Source of the DNA: Octopus vulgaris
Lineage: Eukaryota
DNA: 64,000 nucleotides
NCBI GenBank assembly: GCA_951406725.2
Contig: OX597824.1
Coordinates: forward strand, 49,476,001-49,540,000
Reading direction: 5' to 3'
In this document: positions 13,616-27,084 of the stretch, piece after piece
How positions within the stretch are numbered: position 1 is the stretch's first letter
Layout: each line of letters starts with the position of its first letter
Notes under the pieces: generated by a model
Databases searched by the model: none
What the model was told of the DNA's origin: nothing
Seen by the model: only the letters and a program-made list of their open reading frames with translations
Position numbers and translations under genes: made by a program

Positions 13616-14740
13616 ACAAATGATTTTTCTTTCACAGATGACTTTTAGAAATGTTCTCTTTAATCATTAAAACTGCTGTATCATTGTTATTTTTCAATTC
13701 ATGCCCCATGCTGAACAGTCTGACAGGATCCAAATGCATCAAGGACTGCATTGTGCTTCAATACCTGCACTGTCATGGTTTCAAATGGCCTACCTAATGT
13801 AAACCACTTTACAGAATGTACAGGATGCATTTTTGTAGCATTGGCTAAAAAATGGTGAGTAGGGTGAAAGTCAAATTTTATCTCATTAGGATTTGAATTC
13901 AGATAACTAGAATGAATAGCAACTCAACACCAAAATAAATATACATACACAAAATACTGAGGGTGGGGGGAAATAAGGTGAGGGCTGTGAGAATGTAAAT
14001 TAACAACAAAACCAGTATTTGGATTTAAATTTACATGTTCACATATATTATATTAAAAAAAGGTGACAAAAAGTGAAATAAAAAATATACCATTGAATTT
14101 CAAAATGACATTCCTAGAATGTCTAAAATCAAATGTATTAAAAAATAAAAAAAAAAGCAGATCATATCTCTTTTAGCAATTTCCTTCTTTTTCATAATTT
14201 TGTCTGTTTATTTATCCCATAATACTTTTGTTTCTTGTTTGTTTATTACAATAACAATATAAAATAAATATGGGTATGTGCAAGTAAATATGTAGTTTTT
14301 GAAGTGGATGATTGCATTTAGTTAAAATGAGTGGATGTGTATGAATATTAATTCAGTTGTATGTCTGACTATGGATGTATGTAAGTTTTGCATGTATGTG
14401 CTTATTCATATAAATACATGGAGCATGTTCAGCACAATTATGGCTGTATGTAGATTTATACAAACAAAAATAAATGAAGGTGTCATTTAAAAGAATAAAA
14501 TTTCCATCTCTATAGAATAAATCCAAAGTTAATAAGTATGGAAGACAAAAAAAAGGTAAAATATTTTAAGACGAATTTTTTTGTTTTTGGTTTATAATGT
14601 TCCCTCAATGATGTATAAGTTTAAAAATAACATAATTTGCTTGCACATATAACACATCCGTTTGCAAATAGCAGTTCAATATAAAAATAAAGAGGAAAAA
14701 AAATAGATAAATTTTTCCCTGTCCTTGTATTCATCTATAT

Positions 14741-14820
14741 CTATCTATCTAAATATATATATATATAAATACACACATATATATATATATAGATACATAC
14801 ATAAATGCAAATACACACAC

Positions 14821-14882
<62 letters not shown>

Positions 14883-14940
14883 GTATATACATTTATATAA
14901 ACACACATATATACATACACATGTGTGTCTATATATGTAA
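14741..14940. repeat. Compound (TA)n/(CA)n microsatellite
   Basis: Directly visible. Confidence 0.9.
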
Positions 14941-15752
14941 TAGTTTCTAAACCAATAATACAATGATATAAATCTTTTTCCAATTTGGGAAATAAAAGGC
15001 TCATACCCTCAAAAGGATATTTTGATTTGTGAAGAAAAAAAAAGTAAAGCAGAAACTAAAAACAACAATGGTGCTACTAGCAGTAATAGCAATAATTGGT
15101 ACACTGGACAATATGCAAGGGTACAAGGCATACGTGTCAGTGATAAATGACAGTCACAGCTCACATTAGCAGCGACCAACCATGCTCAATGAACCAAGTT
15201 CTGCAATAATTCTAATAATTTCAGAGAACTTCAGTTGCTAAAATGCCATACCACATTGTCATGGAAGATTGACAAACAAAATCTGCCAAATAAAAACAAT
15301 GTTCTTGTACTTTTACAATAACATTCTAATATCTTATGTATACATATATATATATAAGTAGGAAAAGGGGGAACAAGCAAATACAATGATTTGCAACAAG
15401 AGATACCCAAAATGTGGACAATAAACGAATCCAAATTATATACCTCCCCGCAATAACAAGATAAACCTCATCCCTTATGTCACCAAGTGAATATGACCAA
15501 CTAAATGAAAACAGTCCACAATAAATGCTTAAAATAAATGACACAGCCAAGACTGAGTTTAGGGCCAATGCAGCATGTTTGGACCATTGTGTAATCTTGA
15601 CACTCCAACATTAACCAACAATCAATGACAAGTCTATCACTATTTTTAAAACATAATAATAATAATAAAAAACACAAATTTTACAAATGAAAAATAGTCT
15701 CATCTGTCTTTGCATCTTGTTCAGTCTCATATTTGCACTCTTTTACCTTTCT

Positions 15753-16849
15753 TTATCTTTCATTATTAGAATGACGCCGAGAAGCAAGTGCTTTTTTCCG
15801 TTGATTGCAATAAATTCTTAGAAACAGTGCAAAGAATACCACAGCCACACCAATTATTCCAAGTAGTGTGATGGGATGTCCATAAATAATACAAGAGAGG
15901 AAGATGGCAAAGGCTTGGCGCAGAGTCATTATGATTGTAAAAGTCACAGGTCCGAATTTTGAAATTGTATAAAATATAAAGAGTTGACCGAATGCAGAGC
16001 ATAAACTTAAAATAACTGCATGAAATATAAAAGTCGGATATTTAGTCATGAAGGCTACTGACTCAACAAAGCCTCCTTGTTCAATAAGAGCTACAACAGT
16101 AAAAAGACAAGAGAATAAATTGACGCTAGCCATCATCTGGGATGAGGACATTTTATACTGAGTGAACAAAGCACCTTGCCAATTTGCAGTAAAGCTGTCA
16201 AACCCCATATAGCCAACAAGTAACAATACTCCAGAGAAGTTTGTTACAGAATCCTTGTGTTTTGTAACATCTTGACTAGTCAGCAAGAAAATACTTACTC
16301 CAATTGATATCATTGCAGCGGACAGATATTCATAAAATTCATATGATTTTTTTGAGATTAACTTTCCCATCAGCATCACTGGTATAATCTTAGAAGCTTT
16401 TGCAAGAACTTGTGTTGGGAAGCTGACAAATTTCAGTGCTTCATATTGACACCAGCTGCTCATAATGTTGGAAAAAGAACTGTATGAACACTTGTAAAGA
16501 GGTGCTGTAAGTCTTGGTTGGGTCTGTAATGTGATGACTATTAGGGCAATAATGAAAGCTGAAATGCGGTTCAAGAAAACAAGGAAAGTGGAATTTTTGA
16601 AGTATTCGCCAGGTGTTGTTTCTGTCTTTCCATATTGAAAGGTCATGATCCGTTCTTGTAAAATACCCCATGTCAGATAAGAACCTTGTAGGCCAGCAAA
16701 ACAAAATAGAAGGATAACTGTCTTCCAATAATTAGAGTGCTTCTCTTCTGGAACATTTTCCTTTGTGGTTGAGCTAGCATCTTCAACATCAGGTTCAATT
16801 TCATTGCCAAAAATACACAATTTTATTGCACGTGAAAAAATCCCAGTCA
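15753..16849 (-). CDS. SLC35B2: Adenosine 3'-phospho 5'-phosphosulfate transporter 1 (PAPST1/slalom), last coding exon
   Basis: 365-aa hydrophobic ORF with UAA-family motifs [60 protein letters not shown] and GQLFIFYTI; phase-1 acceptor ttcctttacAG at 16851-16850; stop at 15753. Confidence 0.95.
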
Positions 16850-18094
16850 CTGTAAAGGAAAGAAAAAGTGCAAATTAGACCTAATTAATTAATGTAAAGG
16901 CTTTTCTTTTTTAGTTTTCTCAATTATTGACCTACATACCATGAAATCTTACCTTCTTCCAGGTAGTATATTGTGTATTTATACAAGAAGTTAATAGCAA
17001 TGATACATAATTTCAAATGAAGGAAATATAAATGTTTGTATTATTCCAGAGGAATTCCTAATGTATACCAATATATTTGAACTGATAAGATGAGGACATG
17101 AAATACAAAAATATCAGTACAGAAAAATTCCTTATCTCAGAAAGGCAGGAAGGATTTTTAATGGTTAGTTTTAGTTTCATGGCACCAAACAAAAAGGAAA
17201 CCACTTATTGGTCAGGACAGTTCTACTTAGGTGATATTACCTAACAGTCTGGTGCCTATTTCTAACATCTGGCGAAATGAGGCATATAGAGTTAAGTGCA
17301 CTGTGAGTACAATTTAAATCATCTGCAAGTATAAGATCAATCTTTGTAAATTTGAGCATCTAATTGATGGCTTCGACCCAGGTATAATTAAAGAATTTAT
17401 TTCACCATCAATACAACACTAGCAGGTTGAAATTAGATGCCTTAAAAAAGTATTTAATCCACCCCTACTATATCTGCTTTCTTCACTTTTATTGCAATTC
17501 ATTCTTGATAACAGAGAAGTGTACTGAACACTTAATGAACATTGTTCAGATTAGTCAATAGAATAAAATTAGTGAGCTATTGATAAGTCACCAATAAGGA
17601 CTATAAATTTAATGTATGCACTCCAGCATGACTTATATGTGGAGCTTGAAAAGAACAATCCCTAAATGGATAAATTTCAAAATATATACAAGTCAATTCT
17701 GTGATCAGTGAAAATAGTAAGAATGGCATTTTGTGGTAAAATCCTTGATATTCAACATTAGTATCACCATCAAGTATTTTTTCCAAGTTGGCATTCTTTG
17801 AACAGATTTCACAATGTCTCACCACCCACTACTATTCTTCATTTCACCACACACCACAGGCTTCTGTGTTGCCACATGCAGAGGTCCATTGCTTCACCAC
17901 CTGTTACTCTCTTTTGTTACCTGACACATGAAACAAAAGTGAAAAATAGACCAACATTTTTTTTTATTGTGCATGCTGTTATTTTTTTTTTTGGTATGGT
18001 TTTTATAGCAGGACACTCTTCCAATCATTAACCATTTTACAGTATAAACTGGGTCCACCTTATTACACCCTGAGTAGCAGTAACCATATCTTCT

Positions 18095-18460
18095 TTTATC
18101 TTTTACTTCTTTCACTCATTGGACTATGGCAATGCTGGAGCACTGCCGTGAGGGATTTTTAGTCAAATGAATCTACCCCAGTACTTTTTAAGCTTGGTAC
18201 TTATTTTATTGATCTCTTTTGCTGAACTGCTAAGTTATAGACATGTAAACACATCAACACCAGTTGTCAAGCAGTGGTGAGGGATAAACATAGACACAAA
18301 GAAACACACACAATGGGCTTCTTTTCAGTCTCTGTCTACCAAATCCACTCATAAAGCTTTGGTTGGCCCTGAGGCTATAACAGAAGACACTTGTCCAAAG
18401 TGCTATACAGTGGGACTGAACCCGGAACCATGTAGTTGGGAAGCAAGCTTCTTACCACAA
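18095..18460 (-). mobile_element. OK-type SINE
   Basis: Reverse-complement homology to 634-1050. Confidence 0.75.
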
Positions 18461-18599
18461 TAAATTACGTTAGTGTGCCAGCAATGCACACATGACTTTC
18501 TGGAAATACACAACCAATGCTTGCATAGTTAACTGTATGTAAATAAAGGCTGACATGTTTAATTGCTATAGATTTATTACTCAAAGTTCCTTATTAAAA

Positions 18600-19098
18600 T
18601 TAGCCATTAAAATAGAAATTGACCTTTTCTCATTTTGTATAAGGAATACTGAATGTCTTCATGCCTGATAAGAAACTCAGTCAATCCCATGTCCCTGGTG
18701 ATGGACCTGATTGACTTGGAGGGATCATTGTCAATCATGGTCTGGATCTTACCAACAAATTCAGGAGTTCTATCAGGATGATCAGAGTGAGTTTTCTGAG
18801 CAGCTGTACCTTCATAATCACCATTAAACTCATCTAACTCTTTCCGAATCCTCTGCACTGTCCTCAGATTGACACCCTAACACTCTGAATGTTCGTATTG
18901 GAGCTTCCAGCATGAATGCCAAGTAGTACAGCAATTTTCAAATTTCTGGCAGAGTGAATTGCATCATGGTACTGCTTTTTTCACAGATAGTGTCCAACTG
19001 ACCTTACTCTACTGTGTGGTTGACAAAATCAAAAACAAATAATGCACATGCAAGAAATTAAAAATATAAAATGGCGACAATTTACCCAATGCACCCTG
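18600..19098 (-). mobile_element. Tc1/mariner-superfamily transposon 5' fragment
   Basis: TA-cagggtgcattgggtaaattgtcgcc terminus; ORF RTPEFVGKIQTMIDNDPSKSIRSITRDMGL is HTH-like, as in transposases. Confidence 0.7.
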
Positions 19099-19117
19099 TA
19101 TATATAGTGCAGCAGGT

Positions 19118-19500
19118 ATCATCATCATCATCATCATCATCATCGTTTAATGTCCGTTTTCCATGCTAGCATGGGTTGGACGGTTCGACCGGGGTCTGGG
19201 AAGCCAGGAGGCTGCACCAGGCTCCAGTCTGATCTGGCAGTGTTTCTACAGCTGGATACCCTTCCTAACGCCAACCACTCTGTGAGTGTGGTGGGTGCTT
19301 TTTATGTGCCACCGGCACAGGTGCCAGGGGAGGCTGGGAAACGGCCATGATCGGTTGGTGCATTTTATGTGCCACCAGCATGGAAGTCAGTCAAGGTGGC
19401 GCTGGCATCGGCCACGTTTGGATGGTGCTTTTTACATGCCACCGGCACAGGTATCACAACTACAATTTCAATTTGATTTTTTGATGTTGATGCACTTGAC
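19118..19500 (-). mobile_element. RTE 3' tail with internal repeats
   Basis: (ATC)n followed by the reverse complement of the RTE tail. Confidence 0.8.
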
Positions 19501-19738
19501 TCAATTGGTCTCCTCAAGCACAGCAGGTCGCCCTATGATCCGAGGTAAGCGCAGCAGGCCGTCCTGCAATCCAAGACACTTTGGATGGGCTGGGGCTTCT
19601 ATGTGAAGCTGGTGCAGGAAACAGCCATGAACTCACGTTATTTGTCGGGTCCCACTGTGTGGCACCTTTTACCATAGCCGTTGGCTGATCAAAGCCTTGT
19701 GAGGGAATTTGGTCAGTGGTGAAAATAAAATAAAATCT

Positions 19739-19777
<39 letters not shown>

Positions 19778-20370
19778 GTGTGTGTGTGTCCTTATCTTGA
19801 TGCAGCATGCTAATTGTAAACAATCTTTACAGAAGCAGTAACTTGCTTGCAATCTCCCATGAAAACATGTTCAGACTTGTTTAAGAACAGATGAGGGTTG
19901 ATGAGAGGTAGAAGGTTTAGCTGTAGAAAACTCAGGCACAACAAATCCCATCTTAGCCAGGGAGGCATGGAGTAAATAGACATTATAACTGTGATGATGA
20001 TAATGATGACAATACAAGAGAGAATCTTAATAAAGTAACACAGATAATGTTTGTTTAGCTGAAACATAGCAATCACTTTATTGTGACTTTGAGAAAGTGG
20101 GGAATTAAAAATTTGTGTGTATCTTTTTTCTTTTTATCTTTTCATTTGTTTCAGTCATTCTGGGCCACCACCTTGAAGAATTTTTAGTTGAATGAATCGA
20201 CCCCAGTACTTTTTTTTAAAGTTTGGTACTTATTCTATTGGTCTCTCTTTCAGTTTCCACCAACCAAATCCACTCACAAGGCTTTGGTCAGCTCAGGGTG
20301 TCACAAGTGGGATTGAACCTGAAACTATGTGGTTGGAAAGCAAGCTTATTACCACACAGCCATGCCTGCA

Positions 20371-20447
<77 letters not shown>

Positions 20448-20991
20448 TGCATAAAACAATAAGGAAAAAAACGAGTATGAGAAAAGGTTTAAAAGATATA
20501 AAAAGATAGAGGTAGGACTGGAGGTAATTACTTGTAAATAAAAAAAAAGATAAAATCTAATATTTTGGCTGTGCAAACCTACACATTTGAATTTAGCAAA
20601 TTTTAGACCAATATTTTATTTCAGCTTATTACCTTCAGGTGTTGAGTTGGCAGACTGTGGCAGTTTTGCATTCTTGTTTTTAATTTACTTAGTAATCAAT
20701 TTGGAATGTTGAGTGGAAAATATTTTTTCATACTAACAGTTACCTTAGCATTTTTTCAGAACATCTGTTATAAATTCAAAATCAATGAAATGTTCAAAGT
20801 ACTGGTTGTAGTAGTAGTAGAGAAAAAAAAATATTCGTTGTATGATACATACAATAATGTTACCAGTTGAGAATCATTTAGAATATTTCATTCATAAAAA
20901 TAAGAACATATGGCTGCAGATAATATTTTAGACAGGAATAAATTATAATGGCTGAACAAATACATGAACATATTCAATTCAAACATAGACA

Positions 20992-21395
20992 CAGGCATGG
21001 CTGTGTGATTAAGAAGCTTGCTTCCCAACCATGTGGCTTCAGGTCTGACTGCACAGCACCTTGGGCAAGTGTCTTCTGCTATAGTGTTAGGCTGAATAAA
21101 GACTTGTGAGTGGAATTGGTAGACAGAAACTGTAAGAAGCCTGTTGCATTTGTGTGTGTGTCTCCTTCTGTTTTGACATCATGTAATGGTTTTAAACAAG
21201 TGTTACTATCATACAAGTGATGCTGTTCATTTGAGGTCTTCCACGAAAAATGTGTTTGGCCTTGGAGAAATGTTACCTTGCTTGGAATCTGATGAGGGTT
21301 GCCAACAGAAAGGGTATCTGGCTACAGAAAAACCTGCCATAATGAGTTCTGTCTGACCCATACAAGCATGGAAAAGTGGACATAAGGATGATGAA
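20992..21395 (+). mobile_element. OK-head SINE with RTE-type tail
   Basis: Head ggcatggctgtgtg...; tail gggttgccaacagaaagggtatc...catggaaaagtggac...gatgatg. Confidence 0.7.
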
Positions 21396-22099
21396 GAGGA
21401 GGAGAATTCTGCTGAAGGGGTTGTGAATTAATGTTGGTGTCATACTTTGGGTAAAATATGAACAATATACTCCAGTTCATCAGATAAGAATAAAGAAAAC
21501 AAAACACTGACAAAATGCAGCAAAGAAATTAACTTGACAGTCTGTAACTTACAGCGGTAAAACCAGATCAGTCCAATTAATTATTAGATTTGACCAAATT
21601 TGTATAGCCGCTAAATTTAACTATTCAATTATTGGTGTGAAGAAAGGCACCAGTAACTTTTATCTTTTAGCAACAACAAACAGGAACTTCTGGATTGTTT
21701 TCAACATCATCTGGAGTTGTTTTTTCCCCTCTCACACTTTATATCCATTTTCCTGTGCTTGTATGGTCGAATGCCCAACCAACTCTATTAAATGTGTAAC
21801 AAGCAAAACCAGGTCTTTTGCATAAGACCATGTTTTTTTTATATTGGTAAAGATGTAAAACATGTCCATAGGAGGACCACATTGGTTATCATATCATCCC
21901 AGATAGTAAAGTTTCAAGCCCTGACTTAATCCTGCTCTTTGATTTTCTTTGCATTGGTAGCTAGTTTTAGTATCAGTGAAACTAAATGCAGCCAAATTTT
22001 AGCAGAATATAGACTCAGTATTTTACAATATCAGTTACAAAGCCAAGAGCATTACTCCAAAACTGTAGCAGTGTCCTACTTTTTTTAAATCATTATTGT

Positions 22100-22530
22100 T
22101 CAATAGAAAATCTGTGGAGATAACCTAACAAGTGATTAAATAACACAATATTGACTTATAAAACAGTTAATATACTTTGTAGTAAACTATAATTGCATAA
22201 TAAAATACATTTGTGCTTTCAAATCATTAATATGTATGTACCGGCTGTCAGGAATGAGTTTAATATGTAAAACTGCTATATCCAAAGTGTTGCACTACTA
22301 TAGTTAGTGGCTATTTAAGCAATGAGTTTGTGGATGGTTAATGGGTTGGATGGGGTGCTGACAAAGGAGCAAAAACTCCTGAAATATGGCATATATACCC
22401 ATTGCCCATTTTTTCCATCTTCGATTGCATTGTTGTTTACATTAGACATATTCAGATACAAAACATTGTAACAAATCAGTGTCGGCTATAATTACAAAAG
22501 AAAATCTGTGAAGATAATCTTAATAAGTTA
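22100..22530 (+). mobile_element. Penelope-like/retrozyme-type monomer with terminal direct repeat
   Basis: agaaaatctgtg.agataa repeated at about 22105 and 22499; homologous to 12956-13615; contains a hammerhead fold. Confidence 0.6.
22353..22400 (+). ncRNA. Minimal type I hammerhead ribozyme, one core mismatch
   Basis: Stem I gggtg/taccc; CTGACAA versus consensus CTGANGA; stem II aggag/ctcct; GAAA; stem III tatg-g-cata; UA site. Confidence 0.6.
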
Positions 22531-23172
22531 TTGTTGTTGAGAAGCTTCAGTTGCTTCTGATTTACTTCATTTATGACTGGCTCTGTGATCTACAAAGTTA
22601 ATGAGGCAATTTCATTTTGTTTGTGATCCAAAAAACTAACATGTGGCACCTTTATACCCTTTGCTTCCAAACAGTTCCTTTCACCTATTTACCTTCCCTT
22701 TATTCCTTTAGCAGTCAGATTACTCTGTCAAAAGTGATGTTTATTCACTTTTTAAAAAAAATAATCATGTATTATCTTGATGTATGATTGTTTATTTTTA
22801 GATTAACATTGTAGGGTAGGTGTGAGAGGCTGAATTTGACTAGCTTCAACATAATTCCTAATTTTTTCAATGCCTAGGTCACCACTTCATATCTTACTGC
22901 ATTCAATGCTTTTACCCAAACAATAAAACCCAAGAAACACTTTCTTCCTCCTGTTTCTGTATCTCTACCTCTGTAACAACATATAGATTAAACTTTAAAA
23001 ATATTTTAGTCTCACTGAAAAAGATTTTTAAAGTACATGTTTAAATATGCTTACAAGTGCTAAATTACAGAAGCTGAAGTTTCTCAAATAATTTCCAGTG
23101 GGAAAAGTACACACAAAGCAACCATGACAAAAACAATTAAATAAATGCACAAGTAAAAACTAATGGGTTTAC

Positions 23173-23390
23173 CTGGTTTATTCTTGTAACCATTTCTCTT
23201 AAAGTAACGGATAAGAATTGCTGCTGGCACAAACAAAGTAGCATAACCAAGCAGGTTCAAAAACAGCCGGAATAACCAAAAGTCATAGAAAGAGTTGAAA
23301 GTTTCAACTGTGCTTTCACTTGTGACAGCATGGATTATTTGAGTTGAGATTAGTATTATAAGAACATAGAGCAGCATAGCTATGGCAAGT
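23173..23390 (-). CDS. SLC35B2: SLC35B2 N-terminal coding exon
   Basis: Encodes LAIAMLLYVLII...FWLFRLFLNLLGYATLFVPAAILIRYFKR, resembling the SLC35B2 N-terminus; acceptor tctccttcAG, donor GTaaac; phase-1 end joins the next exon as G+TG (Val) in frame; in-frame ATG at 23377. Confidence 0.88.
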
Positions 23391-23694
23391 CTGAAGGAGA
23401 AAAGGAAATGAAAACATGTCAGAACACATATGAAAAAATATATTTCAAAATATTGAATATACACGTCTTCTTTTTTATGAGCATCCCTCATTCAAACATC
23501 ATCTCATCAGCTTGGAAAATGGTGAAATAAATAAATTTTTTGACCAGGAAACTCTGGGTAGGTGTATTTATATACACACAAAAACACACATATATTTAAA
23601 ATAATACATGTTTACTATGGATTTCCAGAAATGCATGTGCAATTATATACAGTGACCAGCTGGAATTAGATGCACCTTATGTAGACATATGTGC

Positions 23695-24155
23695 TCCACT
23701 GACTTTGTTTCCTCATAACCTTCAGAAAAAAGGGAAACATTTTTTAATTAAATTTTCTACAAATATGCTTCAGATGGGGTAGATTCCAATTATATTAGAA
23801 TTTGTTTTGAAATAATTTATTAAAAAAATGTAATATGTGTTAGTATGTATGTGTGCTACCTCACCAACTTTTATTTTCATATAACATTCTGCTATAATCA
23901 CAATTTACACACTCTGAGAGGTATTTGTTGAAATTTTCATTGAAGAATACCAATTTTTCAAAAAGTTACAAGGAAACAAAGCTGACTCATGTGAATTTTC
24001 TGAAACTCCTCTTCCCACTTCCTCAAATAGATTTTTTCCACAACAAATTCAGATATGATCGGAGCCTACACCATCTGAAGTAGATTTGTAGAAAATTTCA
24101 GTAAAAAAATATCCATTTATCTGGAAGTTATGAAGAAACAAAGTCAGTTGGGGAC
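23695..24155. mobile_element. MITE with long terminal inverted repeats
   Basis: ctgactttgtttcctcataac...ttttctacaaat...cttcagatgg mirrored at about 24040-24155; second partial copy at about 24360-24640. Confidence 0.65.
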
Positions 24156-26351
24156 ATTTGTGTATGTATGCCCATTGCTTTAACATGATTAATACTAGGA
24201 TTACATTGCTATCATATATCAGCTTCATTTCGTATGTAACAATATTTAATTATAGATAAACAAAGAATATACTTCTTTCATTCAGTTTGCACCCAAAGGG
24301 TGGCAATACTGTGAATGAGATGAGCTCAATTTTTCACTACACACAAACATAAATAGGATATTCCTCATAACTTTCAGAAAAATGGATATTTTTTAATGAA
24401 ATTTTCTACAAATATGCTTCTGATGGTGTTGATTCTGTTTATATCACAATTTATTTTGAAATAAATTTTTTGCAAAAAAAAAAAAAAAACGTAATGTCTG
24501 TATGTGAGCTGTCCTATCAATTTTAATTTTCATATTAAATTCTTATATAATTGTAATCTACACACTCTGAAATGTATTTGTCGAAATTTTCAGAGAGTTA
24601 TGAGGAAACAAAGCCAGCTGATGTGAATTTTCTGAAACTATAGCTTCAGTGGAGCTTCAAACATGAAGTGCAATATATTTCGGAAAACATTTATTTTTAT
24701 GTTTATACATAGAAAAGTATTACCAATGAAAAAGCATATATGTAAGTAGGAAATGGAGTTCAGGTGACTGAGGGGGAAGCCTCTCCCAAAATTATAATAA
24801 TATAAAGTTTAAAAAGTATATATAAGGATAGGTATATGAAGAATCTCTATAATGAGGTCTATAGACAGTAAAAAGAACTATCAGTAAAATAATATACACA
24901 TATGTCCTAGGAAATATAGGGCGACAGATGTGGGAACGAAGCTGGTGGATTCCCAGTAGCATTAATATTTTTAATGCTGTGAAAACTGATGGATTGCAAG
25001 GTACTGCTCAGGTGTCAAAACGATAGTGATATCTGTTTGGGTAACTGATGAAGGGGATGCACATATACTATGCTTGGTTATGAATTTTATATATTTTAGT
25101 CTCATTATTCTGGGTTGTTCCTTATTCTTGTAAAATGTTTGTGGATTCATAGTTTGTGGTATTGTTTGGTTTTCTTCAAAGGTAACCTAATTAGGCTTGG
25201 ACAAAGCTTAGATGTCTTGGGAGGTTCTGTGGCATATATATATAATATATGATGATGATTATATACATACAGACATATGTAAGTGTGTGTGTATGTATAC
25301 ACAAAGAGTTTTCGTCAATAGATGTAATGTAATAGGTGTGTACCATGAGTGCTCAGTTGAGCTTACCACTAAAACTCCAACTTGAACAGCATCTGGAAAA
25401 TGTGGTGCTGAAAATGCAGAAAAGGTAGCTACACGTGGTTTCTCATTGAGCGGGAGGATATAGATTAAAATAGAAAACAAAAAAGCAAAACCTGGCATCA
25501 CTCGAAAAACTTTTAATTCATATAAAGAAAATAAATATAGTGCAAAACAGTTATGACAAAAGGATACAGTCTCTTACAGCTTTTCTAAAACACCCAAGTA
25601 TGTGGATCATGATATTGAGTGAGGATTCTATCAGCTAAGTATACTGTCATTAGAAAGAGGGAAGTCAGAAAATATAGAAATGAAGATTACCCTGCCAATT
25701 GAGGATATTAGTACTTTCCAACACAAACATTGAGTATGTGCAGTCGATAATGTTTACAACACTAGTGTTGCTTTTAATTTGTAAGTATGCATCATTGTGG
25801 TATACCAACAAATAGCATTTATACTATTTATATATAGTCATGGACTGGTGATTCATTTTTTCCCTGGTTCGATTCAGGTTTATGATGTTGATAAGTCATA
25901 AAAATGGAAAAATATCAGTATCCATCTCTCCTGAATGGGATCTGGAGTGAGTTGTCTTGCATGTCAATGACTGTCAGGTATTTTAACACCCAGTGCAATG
26001 AGGGACTCATCCATCAGGTGATTTACTGCAGCAAACTGGCAAACAAGCAAATCACACACACTGAGGTCAATAATGTTTACTACAACACTAGCACTGCTTT
26101 TAATTTGTCACTGAATATATATATATATATACACACACACACATACATAAATACACATGCCGTCACAACCTAGCAAACAACCTAATTAATATTCAACAGA
26201 ACACAGGCTTATCCTAGAAAATTTTAACTTAACAAAGACTATATAAAGTCACACAGTGAAATGATGGCTAAAACTTCAAAGTCACTGTTAATACTGTTCA
26301 TGTTAAAATAATAAATTTGTACTCTACCAAATGTATTGAGTAATTTTATTA

Positions 26352-26545
26352 GGCAGTGAACTGGCAGAATCAATAGTATGCTGGGTGAAATGCTTAACGG
26401 CATTTTGTGTGTCTTCATGTTCTGAGTTCAAATTCTACTGAGGTTGACTTTACCTTTCAGAGTTGATAAAATAAGCACCAACTGAGCACATTACCCACTC
26501 CCCTGAAACTGCTGGCCATGTGCTAAAATTTGAAACTAAAGACAA
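26352..26545 (+). mobile_element. OR-type SINE
   Basis: gaactggcagaatc...gagttcaaattct head. Confidence 0.7.
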
Positions 26546-26548
26546 ACA

Positions 26549-26577
<29 letters not shown>

Positions 26578-26579
<2 letters not shown>

Positions 26580-26781
26580 TCTTTTATTTGTTTCAGTCAT
26601 TTGACTGCAACCATGCTGGAGCACTGCCTCTAGTAGAACAAATTGACCCCAGGACTTATTTGTAAGCCTGGTACTTATTCTATCGGTCTTTTTTGCTGAA
26701 CTGATAAGTTATGGGAACATAAACACACCAGCATCGGTTGTCAAGCAATAGTAGGGGGAACAAATACACACAAACATATAC

Positions 26782-26821
<40 letters not shown>

Positions 26822-26976
26822 CTGGCTTCTTTCAGTTCACATCTACCAAATTCACTCACAAGACTTTGGTCAGCCTGAGGCTATAGTAGAAGACACTTGC
26901 CCAAGGTGCCACACAGTGGGACTGAACCTGAAACCATGTGATTGGTAAGCAAGTTACTTACCACACAACCACTCCT
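26578..26976 (-). mobile_element. OK-type SINE, full length
   Basis: Reverse-complement homology to 634-1050 including the hairpin tail. Confidence 0.85.
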
Positions 26977-27084
26977 ATATACATATAAATTTAAAATTCA
27001 AATAAGTTATCATTATCTTTAAAGAAATAATGATAAAGTGGCCAGCAAACATAATCCAAATAGGCAAAATATATATTGAAAGTC

